DNA of 62,222 nt, counting the filler, from Fonticula-like sp. SCN 57-25 (Eukaryota): assembly GCA_001724245.1 (NCBI GenBank). It is 10 parts of 10 records of this genome, joined end to end, with 100 filler letters (N's around TTAATTAATTAA, not from the genome) between each part and the next. Parts side by side here need not be neighbours in the genome. Positions count along the whole stretch, not along the records: positions 1 to 5,005 come from MEDX01000650.1; positions 5,106 to 14,914 come from MEDX01000651.1; 8 more parts are not named here. One strand, written 5' to 3'. The first letter of the stretch is position 1; each line of letters begins with the position of its first letter. The position numbers and the translations under genes are program-made. Shown here piece by piece: positions 1 through 10,236 of the stretch. Under the pieces are notes generated by a model. It made no database searches. It saw only the letters and a list, made by a program, of their open reading frames with translations, and was not told where the DNA came from.

Positions 1-900
1 CCTCCTCAGCCTTCTTGGCCTCAGCGGCGGCAGCAGCAGCAGCCTCCTCCTCAGCCTTCTTGGCCTCAGCGGCGGCAGCAGCAGCAGCCTCCTCCTCAGC
101 CTTCTTGGCAGCAGCGGCCTCCTCCTCGGCCTTCTTGGCCTCAGCGGCAGCAGCTTCCTCCTCAGCCTTCTTGGCAGCGGCAGCCTCCTCCTCAGCCTTG
201 GCAGCAGCGGCTTCCTCCTCAGCCTTCTTGGCAGCAGCAGCCTCTTCCTCAGCCTTGGCAGCAGCAGCGGCGGCGGCCTCCTCTTCAAGGCGCTTGGCCT
301 CGGCCTCGGCAGCAGCGGCCTCCTCCTCAGCCTTCTTGGCGGCGGCCTCCTCCTCAGCCTTCTTGGCGGCGGCCTCAGCCTCAGCAGCAGCAGCAGCAGC
401 GGCGGCGGCAGCAGCGGCGGCGGCGGCTTCTTCCTCAGCCTTCTTGGCAGCAGCAGCTTCCTCCTCAAGACGCTTAGCCTCGGCAGCAGCAGCCTCCTCT
501 TCAGCCTTCTTGGCGGCAGCGGCCTCCTCTTCAGCCTTCTTGGAGGCAGCGGCCTCTTCCTCAGCCTTCTTGGCAGCGGCGGCCTCTTCCTCAGCCTTCT
601 TGGCGGCAGCAGCAGCAGCCTCCTCCTCAGCCTTCTTGGCCTCAGCAGCAGCAGCAGCCTCCTCCTCGACACGCTTAGCTTCAGCAGCAGCAGCAGCAGC
701 AGCAGCCTCCTCGATGCGCTTGGCCTCAGCGGCGGCCTCGTCGGCCTTCTTGGCGGCTTCGGCAACGGCAGCGGCCTCAGCCTCGATCCTGCTCGCCTCC
801 TCCTGCGCCTCGGCGATCTTTGCCTCCTCCTCAGCGAGCATCGCCTCCGCCTCCTCGATGCGCTTCTTCTCCTCCTCAGAGTCCATCGTGACCGCCTCCC
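1..900 (-). repeat. Coding low-complexity repeat (EEAAA..AKKA)n
   Basis: Many imperfect copies of GCCTCCTCCTCAGCCTTCTTGGC and (GCA)n on the + strand. Confidence 0.9.
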
Positions 901-2208
901 TGCGCGTCTCCTTTGCGGCATCCAGATCGCCGCGGCCGCGCTTGGCAGCCTCTGCGCTGGCGACCATGGCGACCTCGGACTGCTCCTGCTCCTGACCGTC
1001 GCCGAGCACGCGGTGCGCGTCCTCGATGAGGCGCTGTACAAGCGCCGTCGTCGGGCCGAGCTTGCTGATGGCGGTGCGCTGCGGGACAAGGTTGGGCGCA
1101 AACACAACGGCAAGGTTGGACGCGTTCATGCGCGTCGCGCCGTCGTGCTTGGACATGGCGTGAAGGTGCAGCAAAAGGCCCTTCGAGAGCACGCGGGTGG
1201 CGCGCGGCGCGCGGCCAAACTCGGCGCGGAGCGCCTCGAGGGCGTCGTCGGACGCAACGGCGGCGATGAGGGCAGTGGCAACGTCGTCGTCAAAGAGCGT
1301 CGGCTCGAGCTCGCGGAACATGGCCTTCAGGAGGGCGGCAGCGACGTGGATGTCGTGGGCGGTCCAGTCGACGGCATCGCCGCGCTCGATCTGCGCCTTG
1401 AGCTCGTCAACGGCGTTCTTGGGCGGGGAGCGGCGGAAAATGCCCTCAACAGAGACGCCAGAGGCCTCAATGTGCGCCATCAGATCGCGCAAAAAGGCGG
1501 GGAGATCCTCAGAGTCTTCGCCGACGAGGGAAGAGGGGGAGGCGCCAAAGAAGCGCTTCTGCGAGGGGGCCGCAGTGGGCGCGGCGGCGCTCGAGGAGGC
1601 GCCAGACTGGCGGCGAATGGTCGCGTCGTGCCTATCAGATAAATGAGAGGGATGGCGGGGGATCTTCGTTGGTCGTACTGGCGGACGATGGTGGGGATGG
1701 TGAGGTTGTCAATCGGCACATACTGCGCGAGATCCTGCAGCGAGTTGATGTAGACCATCTTCTTGTAAAACTTGGAGCTGATGAGCAGGTCAAGGAACTT
1801 GAGGACGATCTTGTGGAGCATGGAGGGATGCACCACGTAGAGCTGCTTGAGGTTCTTCTTGTAGCTGCGATCGAGCGAAGTGTAGGCCTGCTTGAGCCAG
1901 CCAAAGGAGGGACGGAACTTCATGCCGCTGTACAGCACAATAAGCACATAGTCGCTCTCGACATGTGTCTGAAGCTGGCTCATCATGTACTTGAGAAGCT
2001 GATCGTAATCGTGCTCCTTGGGGTTGGGCAGGTTGCTCGCGGCAACGACAAGGATCGGCCGGCTCTGCGCATCGACGCCTAGGAAAAAGGGATTAATAAC
2101 AAAATCAATGTAAATACTGGATGTACCGCAAAACGAGATGACGCCGAGAGACTCGAACGCCGCCACCGTGGCGGCATCAAGCTCTTGTTCCGTCGACGAT
2201 GACGCCAT
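1..2208 (-). CDS. BCH (CRAL-TRIO) + RhoGAP protein, ARHGAP1/8-like, with long Ala/Glu/Lys repeat tail; 3'-truncated
   Basis: ATG at 2208; GT-AG introns 2079-2126 and 1632-1678. The spliced frame gives BCH motifs (YKKNLKQLYVVHPS), then RhoGAP motifs (EGIFRRS arginine finger, ALLKAMFREL, MNASNLAVVFAPNL), and stays open to the window start. Confidence 0.88.
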
Positions 2209-2392
2209 GGCACGACAAGGCTGAGGTGCAAGTCGGTACCAGTAAGGTGCCTGAATTGGAAAAATCGTACCTAAAATCGCATGCGATTTCAACGACAGAA
2301 GCGACATTTTTCGACATTTTTTGTTGTTTCAACGCGGCGGTGGGCAGCAGGTGGCCGGTTGCGGGATTGCTTCCCTTTCAAGCTAGTTGAGA

Positions 2393-4064
2393 ATGGGCGA
2401 CGCTGCTGAAGAGGCGCCGCTGATCGCGATTGAGAGCGCGACCGTGTGGTCGGACGACACGAGCATCTCGGTGCGGAGCATCCCGAGCGCGGCCGAGCTG
2501 TCGGATCCGCTGCAGCGCGAGGAGCCCAAGGCGCCACGTATTCTCATTGATGCCGAGCTCAATAGAAAGATCGCGTATCTTCCTCGCGGCGATCTTGTCC
2601 GCGTGAGCGGGCATGCCATCGTCAATAGCACGAACGAGATGCTCAATGAGCGCAACGGCCTGAGCGAGCGGATCCTCGAGGCGGCTGGGCCGCAGATCCT
2701 CGCCGAGATGATCGACATTGAGTGTCGCACGGGCGAGGCGCGCATCACGCAAGGCTACAACCTTCCCGCCGAGTGCGTTAACATGTTTTTTATATTAAAT
2801 TGTTGTTGTGTTTTCCTTGATCTTGTGGTCGGTTGCTCCTGATTTTCGTTTTACGATTCTTGCCTGCTCACGAATGTCGCGCAGCCATGTGATTCACGTT
2901 GTCGGTCCTCGCTACAATGTAAAGTACCGCACCGCCGCAGAGAGCGCTCTCCACTCGTGCTACCGCAATGTCCTCACTCTTGCTGTCGAGCACGGCCTCA
3001 CCACGATTGGCCTCCCCGTGATCAACAGCGTCCGTCGCGGGTACCCCCCCGAAGCCGGCTGCCACCTTGCGCTCCGCACGCTTCGCCGCTTCCTCGAGCA
3101 CCACGGCGCGGGAATTTCTCGCGTGCTTATTTGCCCGACCGACGAAGTTGACATTGCGCTTTACAATGCGATCCTCCCAATGTACTTTCCGCGCGACGCC
3201 GCTGAGGAGCGCTTTTCTGCTGATCAGCTTCCCGACGACATTGGCGACGAGCACGGCGAGCCGATCAATGAGGAGCGCCGCGTCCGCATTGGCGAGTCGC
3301 GGACGTCGGACCTTTTGAACCAGCACAACGAGATGACTGGCCCGTCGGTGTTTGACGGCGATCGCCGCACTGCCGACGGCTCTGTCGCGTTCGCCGACGA
3401 GGACGAGCTGGCGCACAGCGTCGCCGCGAGCTTTGGCGAGATGAAGGGCGACCACGACGCGTCGCGCGTCGCGACCATTGCGGCGATCAGCAAGGAGGAG
3501 GAGGCTGCGCGGCGGTACTACGCGTGGGTCAGGCGCGCCAAAAACACTGACCTGAGCGACATTGCCGCCACAAAGTCAATGTACATTGGCGGCGAGGACG
3601 CGCACGGAAGGCCCATTGTGTGCATTGCCGCAAAGCTCTTTGATATGGGCGCGTACGACAAGGACCGCACGCTCATGTACCTGATCTCGTTCCTCGACGG
3701 GATCGCCAACAAGAATTACGTCGTCGTTTTCTTCAATGCAGATACAACGAGCGCCAATAGGCCCGACCCGCTCTTTGTGAGGCAAGTGTACGGCGTGCTC
3801 GACCAAAAGTACAGGAGGAACCTCAAGACGCTCTACCTCGTGCACCCAACGTGGTGGGTCAGGGTCACCGTCACGATCATGAACGCGCTCTTCACGTCAG
3901 ACATCAGGGACAAGATCAGGAATATCGAGACGCTCGCCGAGCTCAATAGCGTGGTAGGAGGAACGGGGATCCAGGTGCCGCAGTACGTCAAGGATTACGA
4001 TAGGCAGGTCGCGCCAGAGGGAGCGGCGATGCCGGCCAAGGCGATGTCGCAGGACGGGCTATGA
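2393..4064 (+). CDS. GDAP2: GDAP2-like macro domain + CRAL-TRIO/BCH protein
   Basis: Intron 2773-2884 joins CRTGEARITQGYNLPA to DHVIHVVGPRYN (macro domain). The C-terminus has a BCH domain (KYRRNLKTLYLVHPTWW). Confidence 0.9.
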
Positions 4065-4272
4065 GAACCAACCGGCATGGGAATATTTTGCCGCTTTTTT
4101 GCATAGACTGTACCAAACGATAGAACTTTATATTGAGCAGTTAGAATTTGAATTTCAACCAGCGTGAAACAGACTTTTTGAAACCTTTTTTTCAGTTAAT
4201 TATGGGCATACACAGTTGATCAGTAAAATGGCCACATTGATTCCTCGTATTGAACACGATCAACATCGTGGG

Positions 4273-4317
4273 CGTGACGTCACGGTGACGTCACGAGGTT
4301 GGGGACTTGTTTCCCGC
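4273..4317. promoter_or_regulatory. Two CRE/ATF palindromes (TGACGTCA) and an E2F-type site (TTTCCCGC)
   Basis: TGACGTCA at 4275-4282 and 4286-4293; TTTCCCGC at 4310-4317; upstream of the PCGF-like gene. Confidence 0.5.
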
Positions 4318-4442
4318 CACATTACTTTTGATCGCCCGACCCACCCATGGATCGTGTGGCTGCGTGGTTCACAGGCAGTCATAACGGACAAGCGGGCTCT
4401 GCAAACAAGGCAGACGAGGTTGGCAGGGCGCCCGGGCATGAG

Positions 4443-5005
4443 ATGGCTGCCAAGCGGAAGGAGATCTCGACTTTACTAGACAAGGAGCAGGAGGAACGCG
4501 AGATCTCGATGGAAAAAGTCGACCATGGCGTGGGAAGCGAAGTAGTCAAGGAAGAGGCCGAAAGCGAGGCAGAGTACGCGGAAGGCGAGGAGGAGGAGGA
4601 AGAGGACGAAAAGGACGATGACGACGAGGACCATGGCGTAGATGAAGAAGAAGAGGAAGTGGACAACTACATCGCCCCGATTTTGGACGGCCGAGAGGTA
4701 TTTTTGTTTCTCGCCGTGTTTTATTGCTAACAAAAAATGGAAAGATATCTTTCAAGCTTCGAATTCTCTACCCTTACATTGTATGCAACCTGTGCACCGG
4801 CTATATGCTCGATGCGACGACGATCCCCGAGTGCATGCACACTTGTACGCCCGAATCGCGCGGATCATGACTTGTTTTTTCCTTTTGTTTACTCACCTTT
4901 TTTCTCGTCCAGTCTGCCGCCGTTGCCTTTTCAAGTATATTAACGTGCACCACAAGTGTCCTACGTGCCACGCCCAGCTTGATCCCACCGGCAAAGAGAC
5001 GCTAC
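4443..5005 (+). CDS. Polycomb-group RING finger (PCGF/BMI1-like) protein, 5' part
   Basis: After two short introns the frame reads [45 protein letters not shown], a PCGF-type C3HC4 RING. The N-terminus is acidic; the start could be 4347. Confidence 0.85.
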
Positions 5006-5105
5006 NNNNNNNNNNNNNNNNNNNNNNNNNNNNNNNNNNNNNNNNNNNNTTAATTAATTAANNNNNNNNNNNNNNNNNNNNNNNNNNNNNNNNNNNNNNN
5101 NNNNN
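5006..5105. other. Artificial contig spacer (also 14915-15014, 21528-21627, 27476-27575, 32988-33087, 38130-38229, 43612-43711, 49796-49895, 56546-56645)
   Basis: Identical N44-TTAATTAATTAA-N44 blocks carrying stop codons in all six frames; genes are cut at their edges. Confidence 0.97.
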
Positions 5106-5307
5106 TGTTACGTAAGAGCCGGTCTGCGACATTCTGCGGCGGCGGCCTATTAACGTGACCTCATCTTGTCGTTGCATCAGAACGTGAGAGACATCCGTCT
5201 TTGCTTCCGAGCTCATTTCTCTACCTTTTTTTCTGCTCGTGCCGCCCTTTCGCTGCCTTTGATGGTGCGTCAATAAGCCGTGGCCGCTTTGCTTACAATT
5301 GCCGTAG

Positions 5308-5712
5308 GGTCTGTTTGGCCGCACCCAGTCCCCGCCGACGTACGTGTCGTCCGCCGAGCTGCGGGCGATGTCGCCCGAGATGCACGCCGAGCTGAGCGCT
5401 GCGATCCCCGACGCTCTCACTGCCGATGGCCGCCTCCCCTCTGGAATCCTCGTGGTGGACGACCTTCACCTCATGGCCGAGGCCGACCCCAACTGGGACC
5501 CCTCACGGCCCGCCCCGGCGCCGCGCAAGCGCGAGCGGTTCAAGCGCATGTTTACGGGAAAGCTCTCGGATAAGCAGTGGCGCCAGGGAGCGTCCGTCGC
5601 CACGGTGATTGGGATGTCGGTCGCCGTGGGCGCCGTCATCGCGCTCTCTGTCTTTTTCTTCCCGCTCCCGCTGCTCCTCCTGATCCCCCTGGCGGCGTTC
5701 GCGGCCGTCTAG
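5308..5712 (+). CDS. Last exon of an unknown protein with a hydrophobic C-terminal membrane segment
   Basis: AG acceptor at 5307, GC-rich open frame ending ...VIGMSVAVGAVIALSVFFFPLPLLLLIPLAAFAAV*. Confidence 0.55.
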   Translation, partial: GLFGRTQSPPTYVSSAELRAMSPEMHAELSAAIPDALTADGRLPSGILVVDDLHLMAEADPNWDPSRPAPAPRKRERFKRMFTGKLSDKQWRQGASVATVIGMSVAVGAVIALSVFFFPLPLLLLIPLAAFAAV

Positions 5713-5897
5713 CGCCTGTCAGCACTTTTTTTCCTTCCTTTTCCCCTTCCTTTTATTCACATTATTTGCAATTATTTTATTTGATTTTGTATGTCTGCAA
5801 TGTAGCTCGCACCGCAGTGCGCTCCATGTGCCCCGACAACAGAAAGCACAGCAAAAAGTCCGAGTGCGCAATGCCATCCCGGATGATGATCTACATT

Positions 5898-7383
5898 TTA
5901 GTCCTTGGCCTGCTTGGGCTTGCGCTCGCGGAGCAGCGGGCGGAGGGCGATGCCGAGGATGACGAGGAAGAGCGGCACGATCTGACCGATGTAGCCGATG
6001 GCGGCGTACGCCTTGAGCGAGTTTTCGAGCGTCTTCATCTCGAACGCCTGGAAGCCGAGGGAGAGCATGGTAAAGGCGGTGAGGTAGCAGAGGAGGTTCC
6101 AGAAGGCCTTGACAACGCCGCCCTTCTTCTCGGCAAAGGACGAGAACGGCTTGAGGAGGACCCGGAGGTGACCCTCGGCGAGCATGTCCAAAAACTCCAT
6201 GCCAAAGTTGAAAAAGTAGCCCGGGGCAAAGCCGTGCCACACGGCGAGGAACACCATCGAGCCGAGCAGCGACAGGTGCTTGTTGTTGAGGAAGCGCAGG
6301 CGCTTGAACACGTACTCCTTGACCCACAGGTTGGTATTGATGTTGAACGAGCCGACATAGTCGTCGATCTGCAGCGCCGTCTCGAAGCGGCTCGGCAAAA
6401 AGTTGGCGAGGCCGTCCCAACGCACCTTACCGTTCGAATCCTTTTGGTAGCCGATGCCGAGCAGGATGCAGTGGCCGTTGGTCAGCATCCAGATGCCGCC
6501 ATAGCGCACAAGGCACACGCGCATCGCAACAACAACGTACATGACGCGCTGCCACAGGGGCCACGCGGTCACAAAGTCGTCCGCGAGCATGCCGCTCACG
6601 GGCGCGTACATGCCGCCGACAGTGCTCAGGCCGACGTACGCAGCGCCGATAAGGAACGAGGTGAGCGTCGCCGCGACCGGGATGCGGTGCTCGAGGACCT
6701 TGTCCTCATCGGCGATGAAGCGGCGGTACGTGCTGAACGAGTACTGCGGGCCGACAAGGAAGCCGGACCAGCTGTAGCCAAAGCCGAGGAAATCGAAAAG
6801 CGGGGGGAGCTTGTCGAGCGCGTGCGTCTTCTGGTACGTCTGGCGCTTCTCCTTGGGCGTAGCGCCATCATAATAGTCAAAGGAGAAGCCAATCATGCGA
6901 AGCGCAAGAACACACTGCGCGGTCGTCCAGTCAATGTCGTAGTTACCGGCCGTCGACACGTAGTAGTACGCGAGAAGCAGCGATCCCTGCACAGGTATGA
7001 GCATCGCGATCCGCGCATGGCCGTCAACAAACGCACCAAGTTGAAAATCCACGACGCCACGAGGCCGGCGCCGCGCGGCAGAACCGAAAGCAGAACGTAC
7101 GTGACCATCATGGCGCCGAACGAGTACAGGAGGTCGTAGCCGTAGCAGAACCACGCGAGCCACAGGCCAGCGAGCAAAGAGTACGCATGCTATACGGGGG
7201 TCAACAACAATCGCACGGCCACGAGGCAGTGCAACGTACGCGAGCGACGATGGGGAGCTTACCCGCAATAACGCGGTAGATAAGCGAAAGCGGGTATCCC
7301 GAAAGAACACCGACGAGCAGACGAATGGCCGGCTCGGTCACGCCGACGGCCGCGGCCAGCTTGCCCATGTCCAGCATGTCCAT
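5898..7383 (-). CDS. MBOAT lysophospholipid acyltransferase (LPCAT3/MBOAT5-like)
   Basis: Motifs YDIDWTTAQCVLALRMIG, GFLVGPQY, FNINTNLWV..YVFKRL and FLAVWHG..PGY (catalytic His); two short 5' introns. Confidence 0.9.
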
Positions 7384-7738
7384 GGTTGTTGCCCTTGCAG
7401 AGCAGCGCGCGCGTAATTTGGGGATGTGGATCCTACACGTGGCCGTGGTCATTTCCTTTTTCACACCTGCAAAGCTGTGACAGCTATGTGCGGCCCAAGC
7501 CTCGGCAAATGCACAATGAAAAGCCTTATATAATGCACAAGCGTGCTGTATCCATTCTGTAGGCGATGTGCATCAACAACGTGGACTGAAAACCCTCCAA
7601 AGTCACAGCGCGCTACTCCAATCTATCAATTCCACCTGCTGTCTTATAGTATACTGTCCAATATGAGCTGTAGAACAAGTGTCTAAACCATGCAATGTAT
7701 CTGGAGGTCATAGAATTCATTCAATAGCACAAATACGT

Positions 7739-8618
7739 TCACTTGTCCTCCTCCACAACGCTGCGCGTGTAGATGAGCTGGGACGCGTGAGCGACCACGA
7801 GCTTAATCTTGCCAGCGGCATGGAGCTCCTATAAAAAATGGTGGTCAGCAGACTGGAGAGAGCAATAAAAGCAAAGACAAACCTTAAGAACGCGGCGGGC
7901 GAGCGAAGCGTTGATCTTGAAGCGCTCGACGAGGACCGAGGGGGTGATGAGCTTGGACGTAGGGGCCTCCTTGCTGATCTTGTCGAAAACAACCTTCTCG
8001 AGCATGACAGCGTTGTTGGACTTATCCTTGACCTTTCCCTTCGACCACTTCTATATACGGCGCCCAAAAGGCTACGTCAGCAACAAATATGACGAAAATA
8101 AAATAGCATCATCGATCGGTCCGGATGAGCGGACGCCACGATTTCACGATTCATCGACGACACAGATCAAACAAAACCCAAGCTTTAAAGACAATGACGG
8201 ACCTTCTTCTTAGCCTTGCCCTGGTTGGAGGCAGCGGCGGCCTTGGCAGCCTTCGACTGCGGGGCGTCCTTCGCCTAAAACGAGTGAACGTCAGTGATCT
8301 TGAACATTGCGCATCCAATGAGACCAAGCAGCCCATGCCTCGCTTCATCCAAGAGCAACAATGCGCCCACAGAAGCACGGTATTGTAGGAGCGTGGATGG
8401 CCCGCAGCGCGGCCGTGCGGGGGATGCGCTCGATCAACGCAATGGATGCACGGTGCATCATCCCGCCATCCGCGATGCGACATCCAGCGCGCCGCATCGG
8501 CCATCCACAGCTCCATCCAACCACCCCGACATCATGCATCCCACCCTGCCCCCCTTGGGGCATCCATCCGGCGTCCAGGGAACCGACCCGGCACCCTCCC
8601 CGAGCGAGCACGCACCAT
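7739..8618 (-). CDS. RPS25: 40S ribosomal protein eS25
   Basis: Four exons, the first being ATG only: MAKDAPQSKAAKAAAASNQGKAKKKKWSKGKVKDKSNNAV...KLITPSVLVERFKINASLAR...HASQLIYTR. Confidence 0.93.
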
Positions 8619-8761
8619 GATGTCCTAGACCCAAGCGGATTATGCGAGGGTTTGCGGAAAGAGGCTGAACAATGAGTTCGGATGCGAGTCACAAGCAATC
8701 ACTGATGATCATCAAATAATCTTATTGGTGGTTGACAATGATCAAAAAGTCGGTTTTAAAA

Positions 8762-9781
8762 CTACAACAAGTACAATCCATCTACATTGCTGCACCCATA
8801 GCCCCAGTCGGCGTAGTCGGTCTCGCGGCCTTGGCAGGGGTAGCAGGCGGCGCACACGCGCTGCTGAAAGCCGGTGCAGAGCGGGCGTCCATTCAAAACA
8901 TTACTGTGCATATCTTCCATAGGAAGGTCATCAAAGTTGCGGAAAAAGTGCTTGACAATAAGGTCGTCCTCGCACGTGTGCCACTGCTGTATCCTACGGT
9001 CGTGCACCGGGCCGTGCCCCAGCAGAGCAAAAAGCCATAGCCCAAGCGCCTGGTCCTCGTTCCGCGGCATCAGCAGCTTTCGGTGCCTGTTGGCGGCGAG
9101 CCTCCTCACGACATCGCCCGACATGACGTGCATCGCGCCAGCCGTAAAGGGCGGAAAGAACTTGTACGGATATGACCAGTCGCTGTTCTTGTTGCTCGAG
9201 TCCCGCAGAGGCGGAATGAAGCTGTTCACGAGCCCGCTCCAGTACCCCTCGCGGGGCCACGACGGCATCTCATCCAGCATCGTGTCCAGACGCACGTAGC
9301 AATCGTCGTCCGTCTTGATCACAAAGTCAGCGTCAACGAGCGACGCCAGCTGCATCGACAGCCACGTCTTCATGGACAACGATCCGTACGTGTCCACCGA
9401 GGGCACAAAGACGAGATCGTCGTGCTTGGCGCTCTCCCTTGCCAGGCGCCACATTGTCCATGGCGGGACATCCCAGCTCGCCTGCCCGAGCACAAACCGG
9501 TGCTCCACCACGACGCCCTGCGCCTCACGAGCAAACTGCAGCCACGTCGATCTCACAGTCTCTCGCCTCGCAAACGACGCCCGCGAGTACGATGAAACTA
9601 TCAAGACAAAAACGCGCGGAGGGCGATCCGCGTCGCCGCCCTCGAGCGCGTCCACGTGCAATGGTATATGCACTAGCGGGCTCGACCGAAGGGGCGTCAC
9701 GCGGCTCACCGTCCACAGCAGCACGAGCGCGAGCAACGATGCGGCCACCAGGACCGCCGTGCACCCGCCGCGCCACCGCAT
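8762..9781 (-). CDS. GT31 beta-1,3-galactosyltransferase family protein
   Basis: N-terminal TM segment, RRETVRSTW, DTYGSLSMKT, KTDDDCYV (DxD motif), NEDQALGLW. Confidence 0.88.
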   Translation of the reverse strand: MRWRGGCTAVLVAASLLALVLLWTVSRVTPLRSSPLVHIPLHVDALEGGDADRPPRVFVLIVSSYSRASFARRETVRSTWLQFAREAQGVVVEHRFVLGQASWDVPPWTMWRLARESAKHDDLVFVPSVDTYGSLSMKTWLSMQLASLVDADFVIKTDDDCYVRLDTMLDEMPSWPREGYWSGLVNSFIPPLRDSSNKNSDWSYPYKFFPPFTAGAMHVMSGDVVRRLAANRHRKLLMPRNEDQALGLWLFALLGHGPVHDRRIQQWHTCEDDLIVKHFFRNFDDLPMEDMHSNVLNGRPLCTGFQQRVCAACYPCQGRETDYADWGYGCSNVDGLYLL

Positions 9782-10236
9782 CGGGCCACGTGGATTTGAT
9801 CGTCCACTGCTCCGGACCAGGGGACGTGACCAAACTGCAAAGGGAGTCAGAGGTGCGCGCGCATCGAGTGTCCGGCGCGCTTTTTGCCGAGGAAAGTGCA
9901 GGGCGGCTTTGGTTGTTGGAGTAAGCCACTTTGACTGATCCGGCGGCCCGATCATCGTGTCCGGCGGCTCGGGGTTTGCGAACATAAACATTGGCTTGTC
10001 GGCAACATGCAGCTATCTAGAAAGACGAGCGAGGGGATGCCGCCGCGCAGCCCATCCGTGGTCATTAAGCATGTATATTGCTCCTCCGAGTCGAAAATTG
10101 ACCTTGCTGTGCCGCCGATTGCGACGGGGAAATGTACGCAATCTCGTTCAGTGGCGCGTCGACGATCTTTGGCTGACTCTGGGCCGCAGCCGGCAAACCC
10201 GAGCACCCAAAGTTAACCGCCAACGATCACGGCCCG

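Noticed and set aside
15-995. 326-aa Ala/Ser ORF on the + strand
   Set aside because: Antisense shadow of the RhoGAP repeat tail.
1625-1680. Intron start GTACGAC resembling the next exon GCACGAC (Introner-like duplication)
   Set aside because: GTACG is the normal donor here and the other introns checked do not show the pattern.
4529-4536. CSL binding site CGTGGGAA
   Set aside because: A single 8-mer inside coding sequence on another contig; expected by chance.
5050-5061. Recurrent TTAATTAATTAA palindrome as a biological repeat
   Set aside because: Always centred in identical N runs; it is an artificial six-frame-stop linker.
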